Positions 57,231-64,000 of a stretch of 64,000 nt of DNA are shown in pieces; position 1 is the first letter of the stretch; each line of letters starts with the position of its first letter. The stretch spans positions 67,952,001-68,016,000 of the forward strand of contig NC_043004.1 in NCBI RefSeq assembly GCF_006345805.1, written 5' to 3'. The translations under genes and the position numbers were made by a program. This stretch comes from Octopus sinensis. Its lineage: Eukaryota. The notes under the pieces were generated by a model. The model saw only the letters and a program-made list of their open reading frames with translations. It was not told the origin of the DNA and made no database searches.

Positions 57231-58473
57231 CACAAAGGAGAGGAACCATGGCGTAACTCACTATGGTGTGGTACACTTTCAGACCCTAGTCTAGATTGCG
57301 AAACCTCTGTGCGCCAGGGTGGTTTAGCTCTCCACCCGTTAAAAGCCACTGTTTACAGAATGAGTATAACAACGTAGCTTTCTCGCCCGTGCATCCGCCA
57401 GTCTATCGCGTGTGGTGGGTGGATCTTCAAGTTGCCACATGCATTCTTATTAACTTACAGTAGGCTCGAATTAGAGATTATTCTTTGTGGCTACTGGCGT
57501 GAGTCCTGATTGGAAGAAGAAGATAACACTCTCTTCTCTGTTCATGGTTTTCACCAAGATTTAGAGCGTCTATATATTGGTGAAACTACGAAGATCCTTC
57601 ATTTGAGAGATAATGAAATAGATACAGATGTGAAAGTTCGGTGGTTGTGTATTTGAAGAGTCAAATTTCACAACATGGAGGTTCAGGTTTTCATCTTATA
57701 GCGTGATATTATTATTATTTTTTCTATAATTAATGAAGCGAGCTACAAGAATCGTTTTCACACCGTACAAAGTATCTTCACGTAGTGAATTAAAATTCCG
57801 ATCAGATTGACTTTGTCTTAAATCATTTCGGGTTCGATAAAATAAATAGTTGAGTACAGGGGTCGTTATAATTGATTTACGTCCTCCCTCACCATTACCA
57901 GTCTTATATCCACATTTAAAAGAATTATTTTTTCGATTTCTATTATTTCTCTTATATCTGTCCTCCTCTGGATATTAGAATCTTCGCATTTCATATTTTA
58001 CGTAAAAGGACAAAATACATCAGTGCTGTAATCGACATTACACGATCGAATAACAGAACAACGCAGTGCTCCAGTGTGGCCGAAATCAAATGATTAAAAG
58101 CGGGAAATGAAAGATTAAAGGTAAAAAAGTGGATACCCCTATAACGTCTAATTGTGCTTGGTAGAAAGAATTACACTGGCAAGTACCCAGGTTATGGCCC
58201 ACGTGGTTTACGAGACATATAGCTTCAAAATCTATTAGTTTGATTAAAGAATTCGGCTGCTGGGAATTAAATCGTTAGATAACATCAGTTCCACTCCAGT
58301 TTGTCTATCATCCGGTATGCTCAACAAGAGAATGTTTGAACTGCGGACATCGGTAGCCAATTTAGTCATTACACAGACATGTTATTGTGCGTAAGTATGT
58401 ATGTATAATATATATATGTATATATAATATATATGTGTAAATATATATTTATGTATATATGTGTATATATATG

Positions 58474-58507
<34 letters not shown>

Positions 58508-58616
58508 TTATATATATATATGCAGACATGTATATATATACGTGTATGTATGTAAGCGTGTATACTCATGTATACGTGCATACAGACACCCATGTATATA
58601 CACATACGCACATACG

Positions 58617-58661
<45 letters not shown>

Positions 58662-58667
58662 GTGTGG

Positions 58668-58705
<38 letters not shown>

Positions 58706-59463
58706 ACTCTAGCACCCCGGTAACAAAGAATCTGATTAATTATCTTTCCTCTGATGATTCTAAATTGATCTAACTCCACTTAATGGCACTTATCCACATG
58801 GGAAAATGATAATTATAGCGTGACAGTACCACAGTAGTACAACCATCATTTTTAATGTTACCTTATCTTCAAATCTAAGGAGAATTTTCCGAATTTAGTA
58901 CTTAATGTCTTAAATCTATACTGTATCTTCTGTCCAATATTCATTAATTTTAAATAATTAAGTATTCACAAAGAAAATGTTACCATTAACACATGTTTCT
59001 TAAAGTTTGTTCGTTGACTTTGTTGATTGTAAGTCTAGGTCAGGTGTGATACAGCTGAACGATAATAAAACATATACCATGTCTTATAAGTGTGTATCTG
59101 ACTAAATTATCTAATGTTTTATTCGCGAATGCTTGGCTGTACCGTAGATTTTTTCAATTTCTAATTGCTTGGCTTCAGTTTCAATCGTAGTGTGTCCATA
59201 ATAAGACAAGAGTTGTCGAAAAAGTGAGGAATCTGACGAATTTCTCTATACTCATGTAGAGTACAGATTTATTATACATAAAGAAGAATATTTTTGAGAG
59301 TAAGGAACATGCTGGGTTCGCTTCACTAGATTTCAGATAGTATACGCGTTATATAGTCCAAGACACCTTGGAGAATAATGGATATTTATATGTCGTCAAA
59401 ATTTGTCTATTACAGTATTATTTTCATAAAATTTATACTGAATTTCAAGATGCCATCTACAGT

Positions 59464-59494
<31 letters not shown>

Positions 59495-59500
59495 ACACAC

Positions 59501-59599
<99 letters not shown>

Positions 59600-59629
59600 A
59601 GGGCGTTAAAACGTCACTAAAGCGACTGA

Positions 59630-60240
59630 CGGCGCTATTCAGCACCAGTGTTGCTGGAAATAAGTGAAAACAGCTCATAGCCACAAAAACGCACCGTCTC
59701 ATTTACTGAAAAAGGAAGCACGTTCCTTAAGCACCGGACAAAGCCACATCACCAGTGATTTTGTGCTTACATTAACGCTTGTCAGTGGTTCTCACCGGCG
59801 CATTGGGTTAAATTCAACTTGCTTTGTCTGCTTAAAATATGACCGTAGAAATGAAACGCAGATTATATAAATGGTAAAAGCGAAAAGTCTAAACAATAAG
59901 GGTGTCTTGTTAGCAATATTTCAAGCAAAAGGCAAAACTATATACCTCAGCACGAGTATTGCTAAATAAGAGTCAAAACAGCACATAGCAACAATAACTC
60001 ATCGCCTTATTTATTAAAAAGGGCGGCAAGTTCCCTAAGCACTGGGCATAGTCAATTCACCGCTGATTTCATGTTTACATTAACGCTCGTCAGTGGTTTT
60101 CCCCGGCGCATCGGATTAAACCGAAATCGCCTTGTCAGCTTGGAAGATGACCGAAAGAACCTTACGCTGGTTTCATAAATGGAAAATGAGTAAATTTTAA
60201 ATAATAAGGCTGGCTTCTCTCCCTTTGTGGGTAAATATGA
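59630..60240. repeat. Diverged tandem duplication, unit ~310 bp
   Basis: TCAGCACCAGTGTTGCT (59639) aligns to TCAGCACGAGTATTGCT (~59947); roughly 70-75% identity. Confidence 0.85.
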
Positions 60241-60300
60241 CGGTACGTTATTGAGGCTATGAGATGTTTTGACTCTTCTAGAAATACTAGTGTTGTATGT

Positions 60301-60342
<42 letters not shown>

Positions 60343-60878
60343 GTGTGTGTGTGTAAGCTTCAATGATCGAAGTGTAAGAAGAAAGTTAGCTTCAAGCAAT
60401 CCGTAGTAAATATTAAAAAAAGCAACTTTCAGAGATTGAGACGAAAGACTGTGGACTTTTTCCTGTCGAAGTACGATCAATAGAAAAAAAGTTCTATTTA
60501 TATTTCATGGCAGGCAACCAGGTTTGCCGTGTGTGCTAATAAGCATACAAGGTATACAGAACGTAGTAGAAAGGATCCAGGCTACGTATAGTTCGTAGCG
60601 AGCGGAATCTCAGAAGAGAAAAATATCCAGGCGTGGTGTATGCCGCAGGATACCTTCAGACCAATGATATCTTGATTAAATGAACGTTTATATTGCTGCA
60701 AGTGACGTTCCATGCGTTAAAATGTATCTCATGTAAACTTTCATTTAATCGAGATATCCTTGGATCTAAGATTAGCCTGCAGTATACACCTCGCCTGGAT
60801 ACTTACCACTTCTTAGGTTCCTCTCGCTATGAAACATATGTAGCTCGGATCTTATCTACTCCAGTCCGTAATTTTTCA

Positions 60879-60951
<73 letters not shown>

Positions 60952-62329
60952 GGGGGGGGGGTATGTCTGTATATATATGTGGGGCGTGTATGTATAAATT
61001 TTGAAGGTGAAACTCAAATTTTGTGAATTTAAAAAGGGTTGCGTTTAGATACAGCGTGCTTGTAAGATTCGAACCCACAATTTTTTGTAAAGAAGCTAGA
61101 CATTCAAATATTTCAGTAAGTAGGATTCGATTAAATATGAGTTGGCTCAGTTGATGGTTGTTCATATAAAGTTTACTGTATCGTAGCTATCAGACCAATT
61201 GTGTAGCAAGCAAATAAATGGCTAAAAAAAAGCAACCAAATTTCACTGAACTAAACAAGCTGTTTTAGTTTGTTAACGGCAACATACAGACCGAAAGAGT
61301 CATCGAAAAATATTATATGAGAAGGTACAATGTACCCGGAAAACTAACAACCGGTTCGAAATATCAAAGATTTGATTCACGCATAAGCTTTTAAGGAATT
61401 ATTTCAAGTAGTAATAAATTAAAAATTGTTTCTTTCCATAAGCACTGGAGATTATGGAAAGTGTATTATTAATTAGCATTTCCGTTTGACTATAGCTATC
61501 GCATGAATTGCAAAAAGAAAAAAGGAAAAAATTCATCATTGAAAATATCAAACAACAAAGGTTTTTTTTTTTCTAATTTAAATGAACTCAAATAGACCGT
61601 AAACCACTCATTTCAATGTTCACGCTAAATTTAATGTGAGAACGCAAGAGAGATAGAGACTGTGAGAGAAAAAAGGAGAGAGAGACGAAGAGAGAAAGAG
61701 AGAGAAAGCGAGAGAGAAAGAGAAAGAGGAGGAAGAACAATCGTATCGAATTATGGACTTCCATTAACAAATAATTTGTCTGATTCTATTAAAATAATTC
61801 TATTCTTTGATATTATTTACTTTGACTCGCAGCGCAACTGCAGCAGGTGACGAAAGAACAGTTAACCCTTATGTTACAATTATTTAATCTGATGTTGCCC
61901 GACACATTGCAATTGAAATGATTAAGTTAAAGTAGGTCACGTTAGATAAACGAATATTAGATTCACTGTACGAGAAAATGGATTGCATGATGGCTACTTT
62001 ATATTGGCTACTGTACTGGACACTCTGTAGCATTTTGTGTGAGTCTCTTATAGTTAGAAACTCAGAGCGAATTCTTAAATTTTACACTCAGTTCATTATT
62101 TCGTAGGATCTTAATGGCTGATGTATAGTGCAGTGTTGATCATTTTGTAAATCGCTATATATTGAAGTCCGATATCGATACTCCGGTTCATCGCAAATCA
62201 AGATCACAACTCATTGATAAAATCGTGTGGATGTGGTTCTATGGATGTGCCTATGAAGTCAAAGCAACATGGGAAATTAAGCTTCGAATATAATAAATAA
62301 TAGATGCGCTCTGTTAAAGCCTAGCCAGG

Positions 62330-62553
62330 CTCATGGGCCTGGTTTCCCGGTTTCTATGGCGTATGTGTTCCCCAGCTGGACGGGACGCCAGTGCATCGCA
62401 GCGTTTTCTCATTTTTGCCAGCTGAGTGGACTGCAGCAACGTGGAATGAAGTGTTTTGTTCATGAATACAACGCGTCGCCTGGTCCAGGAATTGAAACCA
62501 CACCCTTACGATCATGATGCTGACACCCTAACCAATAAGCCACGCGCCTCCAC
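62330..62553 (-). mobile_element. tRNA-derived SINE (different body)
   Basis: Minus strand GTGGAGGCGCGTGGCTTATTGGTTAGGG...GGTTTCAATTCCTGG...CAGTCCACTCAGCTGGC. Confidence 0.7.
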
Positions 62554-62849
62554 TAAGTTTCGCATTTAGTGAACACCAAAAGAGAATGGATTTAAGTAAA
62601 TCCATGCTAATAAATTATTAAGAACTGAAACATCCATGTTCCAAAACATGTCAGCGGTGTGCATCTGGATGCACAAGATAACATCACAAACAATAGCTGG
62701 CAAATGAAAATCAGGTGATCTAATCCGACACAGGTAGTGTCTTATATTTTATGTTCTTTTATCTTCTTTTAACCATATAATATTTACTGCACTTCGCATT
62801 TTCATCTGTGTAAATATCAAATTAAAATCGTTGCTATGATCGACATCAT

Positions 62850-63015
62850 GCTGTGGACAAAATGCTTAGCGGTGTTTCTTTAGGTTGCACAGTTTAATTT
62901 CAAATACCGCCGAGGTCGACTTTACTTTCATTCCTTCAGGCTTGATAAAATAAGTGCGAGTCAAGCACTGAGGTCGACGTAATCCGCCAAAAGTTTAGGT
63001 CTTGTTGAAGAAAGA
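62850..63015 (+). mobile_element. SINE core unit
   Basis: CAAATACCGCCGAGGTCGACTTTAC...GATAAAATAAG. Confidence 0.65.
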
Positions 63016-63030
63016 GTTATTATTATTATT

Positions 63031-63556
63031 ACTGAGTGAGAGAGCAGTGCATGCCATCAAAATGACACTGGGGTAAAATATACGAAGCCCAGTATACCCA
63101 TCATGACTACCCGTCTGATAAGGGTACACCAGGCACATGCATCACAACCATATGTGCGCGACATGGTGATCTCATATCAAGATAAACAGCACATGACCTT
63201 GCAGGTGGGGCCCAGTTAAAATTTTCTTCTGGTCGAGTAACCTATCCTGTGCAAAAGGTCCCTGAATAAGGATTGTTTAAAGATGTTGAACGAACCACCC
63301 ATGTTTCCAAAGGTAAGTTATTCAATTCCCAAAGAATTCCTTTCAACACGTGGCTATGATGCTCCCCCACTACCTCTGCTCGTGATCAGAGATGCACATA
63401 TCGTCAGCCACTAAGCGACATGGTGAACTGGTTAAGGTGAAACAACTGACAAGCAAATCTGTGGTATTGAGCAGAATATTTGCTGTAGCCCATCTTTTGT
63501 ACCAAGACAAAACAATGTACATGAGAAACACTTCCAATCAGTTAAGATCAGGGGCC
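63031..63556 (-). mobile_element. Same non-coding repeat, longest copy C
   Basis: Reverse complement of 1707-2138 plus extra 5' sequence; (TTA)n at 63017-63030 and (ATT)n at 63557-63574. Confidence 0.8.
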
Positions 63557-63573
63557 ATTATTATTATTATCAT

Positions 63574-63574
<1 letters not shown>

Positions 63575-63632
<58 letters not shown>

Positions 63633-63839
63633 TATGACAATGTTTACGAGAATGATCATGGTAGCTATGTTGCTTCTAATAGCCACGGAAATAATGATTT
63701 GTCGGGGATTGTAATGCGAGAGCAGTTGTGGTGATGCTGATGTGATAATGAGACTGTAGTGATAGGGGTAATGGTAAAACAAATGATGAGAGAAACGAAG
63801 GAAACTATGCTGAATGCGTGGGTTGGCGATGATAAGCAA

Positions 63840-63877
<38 letters not shown>

Positions 63878-64000
63878 CAGTGACGATGAATTTGGTGATC
63901 ATAAGGTAGGGTTAGTGGTAGTGGTCATGGTAGTGATGAAGATGGCTAAGTGATGACGATGCTGGTGGTGCTGGGGATGCTGCTGTTGGTGCTGGTGAGG
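63575..64000. repeat. (TAG)n, (GAT)n and degenerate (GGT/GAT/GCT) low-complexity tract
   Basis: Direct reading. Confidence 0.9.

Overview
This is AT-rich, microsatellite-dense eukaryotic nuclear DNA (intergenic or deep intronic) with one 100-N scaffold gap. The tRNA-derived SINE families look like those of octopus, so a cephalopod origin is inferred, not proven. No host protein-coding exon, true tRNA/rRNA gene or CRISPR array could be supported; nearly all ORF-track entries are microsatellite translations. Recognisable content is transposable elements: a ~5.85 kb full-length two-ORF Tx1/L1-type LINE with (TATC)n on both sides, a 1.22 kb mariner with both TIRs and TA target duplication, two Tc1 fragments, a further Tc1/mariner catalytic fragment, two Penelope-like (RT/GIY-YIG) fragments plus several Penelope-type termini carrying minimal hammerhead-ribozyme-like motifs, several R4/Dong-like RLE-LINE remnants at (TAA)n, and many SINEs. 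Unexplained structures are a 1.28 kb near-identical tandem duplication, a ~1.7 kb inverted-repeat-bounded ultra-AT-rich but CpG-enriched tract, a ~230 bp palindrome and a diverged ~310 bp tandem pair. Boundaries are read by eye and are approximate unless a motif is quoted.
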